DNA of 62,478 nucleotides, filler included, from Rhabdomonas costata (GCA_019059605.1; 35 parts of 35 records of this genome joined end to end with filler, not necessarily neighbours in it), one strand, 5' to 3'. Shown: positions 1 through 13,342, numbered from the whole stretch's first letter. Notes: generated from the letters alone by a model not told the origin. Numbers and translations: made by a program.

Positions 1-1151
1 TCACACAAGTCATAGATGGCACGGTAAAGCCTTTTGAGACCCCGCATATCGAGGAGAGACAACAGAAGACAATACTACTGGTTTTTTTCGTTTTTTGTTG
101 GGGGAGGGGGTGCACTGCGCTGCTTCTGTGAGGCCATGGAACTGGTCACTGAATAGTTCCCCCATACCCCAGAAACCGCGCTTTTCCTTGCAAGTGGGGC
201 AGAGCGCTGGTATGCTGGCGCGATTGCTTTCTGTGTCTATGCCATGCCGGCATCCCCGCCTGTGCGTGCACGTTTGCTGGTGTCAGCGAACGAACAAACG
301 TTTTCAGGCACTCACACATCTCCCTCGTAAGGGTTTTCCCGCTTTCGGGGGCGCCGTGGGGAAGGTTCCAAGAGATGGGAAGACCATGGGGTCGCATCTG
401 TATTTGCTTGCGCGGAGGAACGTCAACCGCGAGAGTGTGTGAAACGTGGGTTTCCGCAAGGAGAGCAGTTCCATCAATGCTTTTCAGCACAGCTTGGGCC
501 TCACTGGGTGGGGCTGTGCCTTCAGAGTCACCCCTGAAGGAGGGGCCTGTCGGAGCTCGAATGGGGACCCCGGTTTAGGTCATTGCAGTGTTGCCATCTA
601 TCGCCATCTATCCGCACCCGCGACGGGGGGGGGGGCAAACGGGACAAAGGGGAAACAGTACAATGCGTTTCTTTTGCCCTCAGGGTGTCAAATTTTTTTT
701 TTGCAAGATCCCAAAATGACACATCCCGGCTGATCTGCTCTGCCTCCACCGCGGCCTAAAAATCTTATAATAAAGCAATTTTCCCGATCGATCCACAAAG
801 AAAGAAAAACCGTTTCTCATGAACTCCCTAACCCTCCGCGCCTGTGTGCCCCTGAGTCCCGCAATGGGCTGCTTCCTTCATGGGAAATGAAGGGGCACCA
901 GGGGCTCTGCACCCTGCACCTACTGCCTACTACTCCGACTCCCTTGAACACTCTTCGTTGGGTCTTTAGTTGCAACGGTGGGGTGGGGGTCCGGTTTTTG
1001 AGGAACCCTCTGAAATTGGAGGATGACTCGGGTTCGGCAGATGAGTTGGTTGCGTAGAGTCAACACTGGTTTCGGATTCCAACAGGCGCCAGATGCACCA
1101 CGGCGGTCTCGCTCTCGGGCGCGATGGTGAGGGAACCTCAGGCCCCACCAC

Positions 1152-1689
1152 CTCGTTAGATACACTAGTCATTGTCTTAACGTCTCCAGCAGTTCCGAAA
1201 CGTGACGTGATGTTGGCTAAGAAAGATCATACACAGAAAGAGAGAGACACATCCACACGAGCGTACTCGTCGGGCAACCACTGACGGTAACCGCCACTGG
1301 GCTCCCAACCACACAAGACGTGGGCGATGTCACCACCAACAGGTCAGTCCGCAGCACCATCTTCGGGTTGAACGTGTACGCTGAAAAAAAAAGGGCAGAG
1401 CACAGGGCTCTCGAGAGAGCTTCACGCCGGCAAACACAATCGCAAACAACCCCAAATGTCACACACACTGATACACACTTGACACTACGCCAGCGTGATA
1501 CACACACCGGAGGAGAGGTTAGCCACGATGAAGGAGTTAGGGTTGAGGGTAAGGGTGCTCACGAAAACGGGGTAGGAGGTCGTCAGGACATTCTGGAAGA
1601 CGATCCCGCTGGTCGAGGTCACCAGGACCCCACTCAGGGACCCCGCCGGGTAGTTTACCGTCCCCGACGCCGTGAAGGTACAAACAACA
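1152..1689 (-). CDS. Partial spliced Ser/Thr/Val-rich protein, possibly an extracellular beta-sandwich surface protein
   Basis: Three phase-compatible GT-AG exons read TFTASGTVNYPAGSLSGVLVTSTSGIVFQNVLTTSYPVFVSTLTLNPNSFIVANLSS / AYTFNPKMVLRTDLLVVTSPTSCVVGSPVAVTVSGCPT / TNITSRFGTAGDVKTMTSVSNE. The function is inferred from composition only. Confidence 0.5.
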
Positions 1690-1789
1690 NNNNNNNNNNN
1701 NNNNNNNNNNNNNNNNNNNNNNNNNNNNNNNNNTTAATTAATTAANNNNNNNNNNNNNNNNNNNNNNNNNNNNNNNNNNNNNNNNNNNN
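1690..1789. other. Artificial contig-joining spacer N44-TTAATTAATTAA-N44 (first of 34)
   Basis: Identical 100-nt blocks with stops in all six frames start at 1690, 3479, 5266, 7055, 8844, 10633, 12422, 14211, 15999, 17789, 19578, 21367, 23156, 24944, 26732, 28521, 30306, 32094, 33882, 35670, 37458, 39246, 41034, 42822, 44610, 46397, 48186, 49974, 51762, 53550, 55335, 57122, 58908 and 60692. Intervening contigs are all about 1684-1690 nt, i.e. size-sorted. Confidence 0.99.
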
Positions 1790-1891
1790 GGTTGGGTGTG
1801 AATGAGGATCCTGTGACATCTTGGGAAAAGCCACTAGCGCGGCCTTTTTTTCTTTGGTCTCTCTCCCTGAATTGTTTTGGAGGGAAGGCAG

Positions 1892-2231
1892 CCCCGTGAG
1901 CACTTATCAAAGTATCAGCGACTTTGAGAAGACCTACGAGTGCGGTGCAGGCGCCGCGGGCGGCTCTGCTGAATGCACGCTGCAGGTGAGCTACCACTCC
2001 AAGGGTGCGGTCAGCACTCGAACCGCGGATGCAATTCTTTTCCGGGCCTGGTACGCCCCCATTGTATTGGGGAAATATCCGTTGGCGCACCGCCCACCCC
2101 ACCAAAAGTGGGTGCTGATGCTCGACGAGGCTCCGTACGTGTCAGGTGCCGTCTGCGTCTGTGTACACACGTGGGGAGGTTTTGCCCAGTTCGAAGAGCA
2201 CACTTACAAGCCAGCAGCGGCGCTTCCTAGA
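1892..2231 (+). CDS. Hypothetical protein exons
   Basis: Coding-like frame VSTYQSISDFEKTYECG...ILFRAWYAPIVLGKYPLAHRPPHQKWVLMLDEAPY, then a ccag|FEEHTYKPAAALPR|gt mini-exon. No family recognised. Confidence 0.3.
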
Positions 2232-3932
2232 GTTAGAACGGTGTCAACCTTCTATTTATTTTGATTTGAAAGCTTGGAGAGCGCTGTGAAGGAGTTCCTA
2301 TAGAGATGGAGGCTCTACTCCTCTGCACTAGGGATGGCTTTTCAATGATGCTGAGATGATCACTATTGATCATCTCATTGGCATAGTCGCGAAGTGAATT
2401 AAAGGAACGGTACCTGTGGAGGCTTCGCCCACCATATCGCCCTTGGGGGGACACAGGCAGGGCTGGGAAAAATTTCAACCTGCAAAATATGCACTTTTTT
2501 CTTCATATTTTTGCACTTTTTAATTCAACACTTTTTTATTTTGCTTTATTTGCACTTTTTTGCATCGCATTGGGACCCCTTTTTGACTTCAATTTGCATT
2601 TTTTTTCTTTCGGTCCCCACGGCTGTCACCTACGTTACTTGCTGCTGAAGAATCCTCTTTAAGAATCCTTCCCGAGGCGAAAACTTGTCTTGAAATGCAC
2701 TTTTTTTTTGGCATTTTTGTGTATCGCATTTTCGGTCTCGCCAATTTGCATTTTTCCTGATGACACGATGTGCCTGTTCGGTACGGTACACCCCAACTGT
2801 GCCCCTGTGGAGCAATCGGGTGAGTGCGCAAAGTCCGCAAAAAATTACACAACAAAACTGGTGAAAAAAATTGGGTTTGAATTTTAGCAAAGAAAAAAGG
2901 CCTTCCCCTGTGCACATCTCCGCACCTCACCCTGCGATGCATGGGTTGCGCGCTGAACGCAGCTGTGCACTGCACGTCCGCGCACACAGGTCCCACTCGA
3001 TCATCCAGTTTTACCTCAGCCAGACCCACGTATGAGCCCCACCCCCACCTTTCCGTTCAAACCCACGGCCTTCTCTTCAAGCATGTGGTAACAGCACAAA
3101 TGGGAACTTTCTTGTGAGTGGGAATGCAACCAATATTATACGCTTTGGCTCGGAGGCTCCTTCGCAAGCTCTGCGAAACGGGCCATCGTTTCAAAGCCAG
3201 ATTTGCTTTCTACTCCCCTCCACGGACCACTCCGACTCTGCACGACGAAGCCCCCTCCCCCTTGCTCTCTGTGGTGGCAGTCGACCGGACGGCTCTTCTC
3301 TCTCTTCCTCTTTGGGTTACCCGTCTCCTTTCCTTTTGTGTTCCCACTCTTTGGTGGCAGTTGAGGGAGAGATATGCCGGGACAAGAAATTTATTGGACA
3401 GCTCTGCATTTCTACTCCTTTGAGGACCATTGCAAGGGAGTCGGGAAACCAGAGCGAGATGGTAGGGTGTACCATGGTNNNNNNNNNNNNNNNNNNNNNN
3501 NNNNNNNNNNNNNNNNNNNNNNTTAATTAATTAANNNNNNNNNNNNNNNNNNNNNNNNNNNNNNNNNNNNNNNNNNNNGGTTGGTGTGGGAATCAGATTT
3601 ATACATGCATGCCTCACTCTTCCATGTGCGGTTTGAGCTTTGCACGTCTTTATGTTTTTGCACTGCTGAGCGTTGAAGACCGATTTGGTTTTTTGGGTTC
3701 TTGATGCCGAGGGGTCATTGGATCTTTCTGGCCTTCAGAAAACGGCTGCTGCCCATGTCTTGTCGAATGTTACGAATGAGTCTAATCTGATTTTGTGTGC
3801 ACAATATTGTGTCACGTTTTCGCGGATATTTCTGATTCGTCCAACAATTCGTGTCGCTTCCCATCAGCTCTACCACATGTGAGTCTCCAGAGCATTCACA
3901 CTCTTATTTCCTTCTGCAACAAATCTCAATAG

Positions 3933-5073
3933 GCTAAGGAGTACTCTGCCCTGTCCGAAAAAGAAGCGGCTCTGTGTCATCTAATGGACGAGCTGTGCGT
4001 TGAAATGAAGAGGTTAGTGATCTTTTCTTGCAGTGATGGTTGCGTCAAATAGAAATGTTTATATGCTTTATTTATTCTAATTTTATGTTTCAAAAAATGG
4101 GTATTGATGCAGAACTTCCCTGAACGCTTCCATCAGCTTCTTGCCAATTCGGGACCCCTTGGCTAAATAGCTGACACCTTCCAGTAGGCACACATATGCA
4201 TTCAATTTGCTTCTGGCGATTTCCAATGAGACATCACATCTGTTCTTTTGCATTGCAGATTAGGGTTGTTTTGGGGAAAGGGTGGAAGAGGGTGGGTCTG
4301 AGGAGGAGGGTGGGCTGCGGTGCCTGGGGTGGTTGCCGGAAGACTCTGCTTCGCCCCTGGCCCCCGAGTGGTTACGGAAAATGGTTAGGCAGCGGAACAG
4401 GTCGCTCCAACACCACCTCGCCAAGAGGGGAGGTGCGGTTTTCCAAGGTCTTCAAGGCAGCGAGCCTTACAGGAGTACACCAGACAACAGCCCAGAGACT
4501 GATATGGTCTTGAACTTACAGCCGATCTGCATGCCCACAAACACACTTAGTGAAAAGGGCGTATGGTAAGAGGTTGGTGTTCGCTGCATCGTCCATCACA
4601 CCAACGGAGTTTGCCATCACGCACAATGTCAAGCGCATTTCTTCTCTTGTGAAGGGGCATGGACGAGCGCCCTCCTTTACATGTGTTCTCCACTACGAGT
4701 GCTCTGCTGCGTTGCTGCTGGGGGATGAAAAGTCTGCGCCCGCTGTGTCGCTTATACAAACACATGGACTCGCTCATTCACTCGTTCTCGCCTTCAGATT
4801 GATGCAGCGGCGTGAGGACACCGCGGCGTACTCTCAGGCCGTTCTGAGGGCCACTGTGGAAGCTCCAGTGCTGCCACTGGGAGGCGGCGGTGAGGCTGTG
4901 GAGGGGCCAGCCGGGTCCGGCTGGGAGGCCGAGGTGGCCGCCCGGGTGAACCACACTTGGAGGACCCGGGAGCTTGCCCAGGAGGTGGAGCTGAGCCGGA
5001 AGCTGGCGGAGGAAGTAGGGCAGCAAAGGCTACGCGAGCAGGAGAGGGCCTGGGAGCAGCAGCGGCAGGAAAG
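3933..5073 (+). CDS. Hypothetical coiled-coil protein, partial and spliced
   Basis: AG/GT-bounded exons AKEYSALSEKEAALCHLMDELCVEMK (from 3933) and 4798-5073 (LMQRREDTAAYSQAVL...RELAQEVELSRKLAEEVGQQRLREQERAWEQQRQE). Internal exon phases are not fully resolved. Confidence 0.45.
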
Positions 5074-8000
5074 GTGTGGGACTTGCCACACCCTCGCTCA
5101 CCTTTTCAGAATGGTCTCTCCAGTTTCCACTCAAACGCACTGGCACAATTGAGAAACATGAGGGCAGAAAGGGGACGCTGTCAGGGACCACCGTAACCAC
5201 CGTAAGTTTCTGTCGCATGTGATGTCCACGTGCGAAAAATATGCAAGCACAGGTGACCCCACAACNNNNNNNNNNNNNNNNNNNNNNNNNNNNNNNNNNN
5301 NNNNNNNNNTTAATTAATTAANNNNNNNNNNNNNNNNNNNNNNNNNNNNNNNNNNNNNNNNNNNNTGTTGGGGGTAAAACGATGGTTTTTAGGCCAAATT
5401 TGATGGAAAAAAAGCAGATTACAAGTACAAGCGGATGAGTGGGGTGGCAACGACACAAATTTACTTGGGGGTAAGCGTCGTCTTGGGGAGCAAAATTGTC
5501 TCGAATTATTGACCCCTTTTTACTGTGTGATAGGGCATTTTTTTTGTGATAGGGCAAAATCGAGCTTAGTCCTCTATCCTCTATTTCCCGGATTTTTATA
5601 CATCTTTCGATTCTTCAATTCTTCGGGAAAGCTCAATTTTAGGGAGAAGTGGTGGGGCAAAGGCGTCTATCCCACCGAGTCTCGTTATCTTAAAAACATC
5701 TGCTCCACCGAACCTCGGTGATGGGTTGGTGCGCCTTGTTCTTTTCGATCTGTCTGTGCATGTTTCGGCGCTGCTTTTCGGCGCTCTCCGAAAAGGACCG
5801 AAGTCTATCTGGGTGGCTCGGGACGCATCTCGGCCGCATCACGAGGGGGGGGTATGGTTGTATCTGTGTGCTTGCTTGCGAACGCTGCAGCCTTAGTTGA
5901 CAGTATAAGGTAATGAGGAGATGTCAACGCCGCAGCTGAGCGTCCACGAGTGCTGAAACTGCCGTGCCGGACGACGCGTGACCATGTAATAACAAAGTCA
6001 CCTTTGAAGACAAGACAGTTTTTGATCAGGACACTTCCCCAGCAATAACATCCATTCAAAACACTCTAAGTCTGACTTGCTCAGTGGCGTTCGATCGAGT
6101 GAGAGCAAGGCAAATGAAGGTGCGAAAAACTGAGCGAGGAAAAATGACTGCCATGACGACTGCCAATAAAGTTCTGGCATAAAGCTCTACACAGGGCCTT
6201 TCGATAGGAGGACCAGATCACAGGGAGGTCCAGTTCATTGCTCCCGTACATAATACCTGGGAAACAAAGCAGCAAAGCAATGTGGTAATGAAGTGGCAAT
6301 GAAGACAGGGTGGAGCTCTCCTCCATATCTTCATCCACAAATTTGACAATGGCACTGACCGAAATTATGATCCGTTACGCGTGAAAAACAAAGCGAGAAA
6401 CGAAGCAGTTATCCTACAGAGTTCCGAAGCTTCCCCAAAGCATCGCATTTACGAAAAATTTCACCCACTGCGGCGAGTTGCACATTCAGCAAAAAAGGCT
6501 GGCAGGCCGTCCTTGCACCCCTGAGGTGGTGCAGCGATGACTGGCCTTTTGGTCACTCGGCTACATGTACCACAGATGGAAGGAACGGGCATATACCAAT
6601 TTGGTACATTTTGTCCCATGCAAAAAGCGCGCACAAAAACTGAATAATTCTCTTTTAAAATTTTAATTTATATATTTCAAAACATCTACCGTACATCTGT
6701 TCAGTTAAGCAGTGACAGACTGAGCAAGAACGCGAATCGCGGTGCACACAAAAGTCACATCATTCAGCCTCCGTAAACTTCCATGTACCACAAAATACCA
6801 CAGCAGACCTTACAGCGCCATCCAAAGCTCGCGATTCGCCACCGACATGGGAGAGATAAAGGGGACCCTCGCTCACTCGTTCCGCGGTCACCACAGGACG
6901 GACACTGCACAACACATTGGCACACTGAGGCACCACATGCTGCAGGAGTGTCCAGGCTGAATTCTTCTATCACAGCAAAGATTCCGCCCATCAAACAAAC
7001 ATTAGCGAAACCAAGATAAACATATGATTCCACAATTAATGCAATCTCTAGGGANNNNNNNNNNNNNNNNNNNNNNNNNNNNNNNNNNNNNNNNNNNNTT
7101 AATTAATTAANNNNNNNNNNNNNNNNNNNNNNNNNNNNNNNNNNNNNNNNNNNNGTTGGTGGTGCGCATACACTCGCTCAGGGCCAGGGTGCTCACCTCC
7201 AGAGCCTTCTTTGATGGGGGCGAAACTTCGACGGGTCTCTGGAGCTAGCCCCACATGGGTCTTTGGCTCGCCCGTGACCAGTTACCCTGATGCGCTGGAT
7301 TTGTTTTGGCTCGGTGCTGGTTCCCCTGCCACTGCTTTGGCAACTGCTGTTGTTGTCTGCGGCACCATTGTCACCTTCTCTGAGGCGCGATGCTATTGGG
7401 ACCCTGAGGGGCCGTCCCTAGCGAAAAGCCAGCGTTTACGTGTACGTGTGTGTTCAACGTAATATTGTTGAGCCCTCACTGTCTCAATGAGCGTGTCTTT
7501 GTGAAAAACGAAGAATCACCGTAATAATTTGGCGACGATTCTCGTTAAACATAATGCGTCCTCAGTTGCCTTGGATCACCCTGGCAGACGCTTGGCATTC
7601 CGCGGGCCCTTTCTCCGGGTCAGCAGCCGGACCTAAACACTTACATACATCCCACCATACCATCTACCTTGTGTTCGTTGACTTCACAATACAGTGCAGG
7701 TGAAACAAGTTGCCCATGAGCCGACCCACCTTGCTTGAAGGCCGAGCTAACCTCATTCAGCACAGAGTTATCAGGTAGTCCCTCTTTTCGGCACTCTGTC
7801 CCCTTCAACCAAAACCGTACCGCAAAGAACCGAAACTAACAGAGCAAAGACCAGGTATCAAGTCGAAGTCAGAGCAAGCAAGGGCAATGATCGCACCTCA
7901 CTGTCAGTGACCTCTCCGTGGCCTCTAAATGGTTTTCGTATCGCTCGTGGTGGGAGATTCGCCCATCACGGTCCGTCTGCCCAATGACACACACGCAAAT

Positions 8001-9179
8001 TTGCATGCTGGATGCAAACGCGGTAAACAAGATGACTCTGAAAGGCAGGGTGAGGGGTGAAACATGTGGGAGTCTGAAGGAAGGTTCTCAGGCAGTTTCA
8101 CACGTGAACTCATGGGCTACATGGCTGCAAAGTAAAATTAGCGAAGCAAAGAAATACGGCCATACGATGAGAAAATGAGCAGCATTCGCGCGTTTGAATG
8201 TGAGAGCAAAAACAACAGAGAAAGTCGCACTGGGTACTTTCCTGAATGCATCTGGCCGAGCACATAAAACAAGGCTGGAATGTGCATGTGTGTGGGCGTG
8301 ATTGCAGGTGAACAGGTGTGGGGCAGAGGATCCACAACGAGATCCTCTCAGTATATTTCACACATATGGAAAATGGCACTGGGGATGGTCATCGCATATC
8401 CAAACACCGGCTGCCGCAACTCAGTGTGGACAGCCCCGAAGAGTAGAGAAAAAGATAAAGAAAGGGGTGCGCGGGAAGGCAGACGGACGGACTGAGGAAG
8501 GCGCGGCTTGCAAGACGGGCAGTGAAAAAGAGTACCTTGAAAATATGTAAAAAAAAAACTATGCGGTATGTAGGGCAACCATGCTAGGCCTGACATCTAC
8601 CACGTCCGAGTGTGAAGGAATTATCTGGCCCCCAGTGTGCCGTCGAACAAATGTCGACACCGAAGAGACCAAAGACGGGCGACCAGAGCGGCCGTCACAG
8701 ACATCGTAATTACAAGCCCGCTTCAAGTTGGACGCCCCAACATTGGTCTCATCGCACTTTGGACAGCTCAGTGGCATCTGGCAGCGGTCGCAGACCAGAT
8801 CCTTCGGAGGCGGGAAGGTCCGCCCCGACAGCTCCACAGGAAGNNNNNNNNNNNNNNNNNNNNNNNNNNNNNNNNNNNNNNNNNNNNTTAATTAATTAAN
8901 NNNNNNNNNNNNNNNNNNNNNNNNNNNNNNNNNNNNNNNNNNNGGGTGGGTTTGAATGCCACGCCTCCTTTCCACCGAAAACTCACCCAATGGATCCATG
9001 GATCAATTTCTTGTTCTGGAGCTTCCTAATCGTCTCCTCCTATTTTTTCAGTTTGACTGGTTTTGGCGGGATAGGCAGATCCTCTCCAAATGCCACTCTC
9101 CAGTCACTCAGATCGTCCTCAGGCTTGTGTGGCACCCACTCTTGGTTTTCTTTGTCGAACATCACTAATCGACCACTTT

Positions 9180-10420
9180 CTCGAACACTGTCTTTTATTA
9201 ACACGCATCTGGTTCGTCTTAATATTCTTTCTCTAGGCTACTTCTCAACAACAAACTCGGCTACCATTCAGAAACTCCTAACGTTCGACACGGCTGACCT
9301 GAACTCTCATCAATATCCTCTAAATCTGTGGGTTCAACTTCCGGTTCTCTGGGAAGGAACTCTCTGCCATCCGCAGCTTCTGTTTCCACACGTGAGAACT
9401 CTTCCTCTTCCGCTAGCACGGGTCCACATGGGATCCCTGCAAGCACCAACAAATCTGGCCACTTCGCCCCTGGCCTTATCAGCAGCAACGTTGAAGGTCT
9501 GGTTCGTCCTCTCTGTCTGTATGTTGATCTGTGGGTGATACGTAAACGATCTGAGCTGTGCGTCTATAAATCTCATCATTTCTTTCCAAAACAACGAGAT
9601 GAACACCGAGTCCAGATCACTCACAATGGACCTTGGCAAACCTGCGCTGCGTTCATGGTACTTTGACACGGAATCAACACAACCATTTTTGTAGCTGGGT
9701 CATTTGCCGTCAGCATCTTGTACATATCTTGCTTTGTCATCGTAAATGTGCTCGATGGTAACGAGACAAAGTACACTGACACTGACTGCCACATCCGCAC
9801 ATGGATTTCCAAGTTCTGAAAGTGTCACCTCGGCAAGTGATGGTATACCTTTTCTCTCTGGCAGATATCACAAGTCCGAACGTACGCAATCACATTCCGC
9901 TTCATGTTCCTGAAGGTAAACATCCTATTCAGCGTCACTGCTGTACTGGACACTCCCCAATGGCCAGCGGCTGGGGAATAGTGATACCTCAAAATAACCT
10001 CAGTCTCTCAGGTCCTGGTCACCACATCTTTCTCTATGATCACAAATCCGACCATGGTGACACAGCTCTGGGATCTTTCTTACAGGAGTCGAAGTATTTT
10101 TACTAATCTCTGGGTCTAAATTAGCATTCCTCCCACCAATCTTCCGGAGGTGTCACTTTCAATGGTACGCACAGCGGACCGTGACATTACAACCTCACTG
10201 ACTCAGCCTAATCTCTCTTCAGCGTTTTCTTCCCTCTCCGTCCTCTATTTCCACAACATCTACGACTGCAAACTCTGCCGCATTTCCACCCACCACACTC
10301 TCATGAACATGATCTGCTGGTTTGCGTGAAAGGGCATCGGCGTCCACATTCTGTCGCCACGGGATGTGTGAAACCTTCAACTTGTACCGCTGCAACATGT
10401 CCATCCACCTTACTTGTCTG
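9180..10420 (-). mobile_element. Degenerate Ty3/Gypsy LTR-retrotransposon pol (RNase H end, HHCC zinc finger, integrase core)
   Basis: WMDMLQRYKLKVSHIPWRQNVDADALSR (RNase H end); YHYSPAAGHWG...YVRTCDICQREK (integrase HHCC); GLPRSIVSDLDSVFISLFW...YHPQINIQTERTN (rve core). The RH-before-INT order is Ty3/Gypsy. Stops and frameshifts are present. Confidence 0.9.
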
Positions 10421-10986
10421 GGTGATTGTCTCGGGTTCTTCTACATGCAACCCAGCGCTGAGTTATCAGTATGAACCTGAATTTCTGCACCAATCAAGTA
10501 ATGCCTACACTTTTCCAAAGTGCCCACCAGTGATAGCATCTATTTTTCGTGCACTTGGTATTTTTCTTCTGCATTCGACAACTTTCGCAAACTACATGCC
10601 ACCAACCTCATATTTCCGTCCTCACACAACACNNNNNNNNNNNNNNNNNNNNNNNNNNNNNNNNNNNNNNNNNNNNTTAATTAATTAANNNNNNNNNNNN
10701 NNNNNNNNNNNNNNNNNNNNNNNNNNNNNNNNGGTGTGTGTTCAAACACGTTTTTCAGCACCGGGCCAAAGATATCTCTCCCAAATTCTCGCTACGCCTT
10801 CGGATCCATCGGAGGCCCGAAAACGGATACTTGCTGAAAGACCAGCTCTTTTCACCGGAAAACAATCATCAGATTCCAGGTGCGGTTTGTGCTTTGGAAA
10901 TCCGAACATAAGGCATTTCCCCAATACTAAATGCACGGAAGCAAAAGTATGCTTGCTGATACGGTACAGCATTGCCGTGCCCAGGT

Positions 10987-12063
10987 TCACCGCCCAGAAG
11001 TGTTTTTTGCAACACAGGGGTTGCACAGCAAGTTCAGGAATAACATGGTGGCCATCCGACACACCCCACCGTACCTGAAAAGAAGCCAACCGCAGCCAGA
11101 ACTTGTCAGAAAAAACAACATGAGTTAGCGGTAGCTAACCTGTAACCTGGAGTCGAAGAGACCCCTGCACATTACCTGCTGCAGCTGTGAACATGTTTCA
11201 TTTTCCAAAAGCACGGGCTGTATCCGAAAAGGGCACCTGAAAAACAGCTGTTCACTGCCAAATTAACAAAAAGCATGCTTCGGCTCAGTAATACGATAAT
11301 ACGATAAAATGCGTAAATTTGGTGCTGTGTGTGTGTGTTGATTTTCTTCCACTTATCTCCTTAGTACAAGAGCAGATGCCACGGCAAAGCCCCCCCCCCC
11401 ACGCAAAATAAGCGTGATACCAGTCCCGCGTAGGCCCACTAGGCCAATACAGCTGATAGTGCATCCCATCCCAGGTGGCATCCCAACGCGCCTCCGTCAT
11501 TGAGTACAGGTCCAAAGTGATGAAGCTGTGGTTCCCGTGGTTTCGTGCCAGAGTAGTCAGCTTCTAATAACGAGAGAGCGCAGCCAATGACAAGTAGTGA
11601 CCACAACCGTACATTACGACGATCTTATAATTTATGTTAATCAATGAAGAAGACGCTTCATTGGTCTTTGTATGTCACATAATCATCGATATGCGTATCT
11701 CTCAAAACGGGTGCGAGATAACCTACCCCTTTCGAGCCATTTTGTTCCAGAACCTTTAGCCTTAACACCACGACAGGGGACGAAGGAGGACAGAGCACGA
11801 GTGACACCGCATAAAGACAGGATGCTGGCGAAAGAAAAAAAGCGGTTTCCCGCGGAAAGCGGAAAGACGGTGCAGGAATGGGAGGGGTCTGCCTCTTTGA
11901 TTATTTTGACTGACTTCGTGACGGTGTCGTCCCGGACGGACCGCAGGGCCTTCTGGATAGCGTTGTACCGGCCATCAGGGAACATGCTGGCGGCGCGAAC
12001 CCTCCAGTCCTCCCGGTGGACCACAGAGTTCAGCATCACAATGCAGCGCCCAGGGGGAAGCAT
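10987..12063 (-). CDS. SGNH-hydrolase-like (PC-esterase/NXPE-type) C-terminal domain, 3' exons
   Basis: Exons 12063-11893, 11753-11727, 11563-11421 and 11074-10987 give ...FITLDLYSMTEARWDATWDGMHYQLYW...WYGGVCRMATMLFLNLLCNPCVAKNTSGR*. The DGxHY (DxxH) and terminal LNxxC motifs fit this family. Confidence 0.55.
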
Positions 12064-13085
12064 CTGAGGGAATAGTGCACGCATCCCCAAGTCGCCTACC
12101 AGCTCACGTATCATTCACACGGAGGACTTCCGTGGAGATTGGGCCAAGCGAGGCATGAGAGTGAGCATGAGCATGCCCCGTCCACAAGCCAAGAAAGGCG
12201 ACGAAAGCCCCTCCCCCTTTAATACCATACAACCTAGCAACAGATGTGTTCTTACCAGAGGAACAGGAAATCGACGATGTTTAGGGGTTCAGGTGGTGAT
12301 GCGCGTATCCCCTTGGATTCCAATAGAAGAGTTGCAGGGAGTTAGATGGTGGTACAAGTCCTTGGAATTCGATAGTTTGTGGTAGCTTTCTAGAGTTTTC
12401 CGAGGACTTGTAACACCCACCNNNNNNNNNNNNNNNNNNNNNNNNNNNNNNNNNNNNNNNNNNNNTTAATTAATTAANNNNNNNNNNNNNNNNNNNNNNN
12501 NNNNNNNNNNNNNNNNNNNNNTTTGTGGTGTATCGTCGTCTGACTGAGCTGTCCGACTTGCGATTATTTTGCAAGAACTGCTGGCTGGCATGCCTTCCGC
12601 CTGGCTTCGTGTCGGTTTTCAGCAACGACTTTCTTTTTAACTTTTGGCTTTTGCATTTCACAGGCTGCCAAAGAAGACTACCGCCGCGTTCGCGAATTCA
12701 GGAGGACGCTTTTTGATTCTTATCGCGCGGATTCCATGCCGGAGAAGTGCGTTCGTGCGCACTTGCTCGCAGATAGATTTTGTCAGCGCAGTTGTCGTGA
12801 CGCTTTTTTTGCTCGCTTCTGCTCTGCTTCGCTTGCTGGAGAGCGCAATTCGAACTGTGAGTTGATTTGTAATGCGATTGGAACCTTTCCGGTCAGGACT
12901 CAGATGAAGTACGAGGAGGCAATTTGAGGCGTCTTGGGCGGAGCAGAGGGTGGGACAATAGAATGACAAAAGATCCCCCCAGGCGAACTCTGCACTTCCT
13001 TCTTGGCCACAACCTCAGCTCGAAATGCCCGAGTAGTACCGGTCCTTCCCGCTCTTCGCTGCAACGGTTGTGTGCATCACCACAG

Positions 13086-13342
13086 GCCCCCCGTGAAGTG
13101 CGCACACTTCGGGTGCGTGGCCCTGGCGGCGAGCTACCTTTTGCACGGCAGCTCTGCCCAGCCCCCCTCAGCGCGGGTCACCCCGGAGGACGTCTTCTTC
13201 CACGCCCGCCTGCCCCTGCATTACGCCAACAACTCCGCGATTACGTTGGACGAGCTCCATGATGTCGTCCTGCAGTCGCTGCTTAGGAACTGCAGGACGA
13301 CATCATGGAGCTCGTCCTGCAGTTCCTAAGCAGCGACTGCAG
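13086..13342 (+). CDS. Exon of a putative phytochelatin-synthase/papain-like protein, interrupted by an inverted duplication
   Basis: cag|PPVKCAHFGCVALAASYLLHG...VTPEDVFFHARLPLHYANNSAITLDELHDVVLQ[FLSSDC]|gt. ITLDEL resembles the PCS GxTLxE motif; the family call is weak. Confidence 0.35.
13248..13342. repeat. Nested inverted duplication (28-29 bp perfect stem plus an inverted copy of the loop)
   Basis: 13248-13275 is the exact reverse complement of 13290-13317, and 13276-13289 is the reverse complement of 13323-13336. Confidence 0.95.

Noticed and set aside
1734-1745. Regularly spaced TTAATTAATTAA palindromes as a biological repeat
   Set aside because: Always embedded in exactly 44+44 N; a six-frame-stop linker added when contigs were concatenated.
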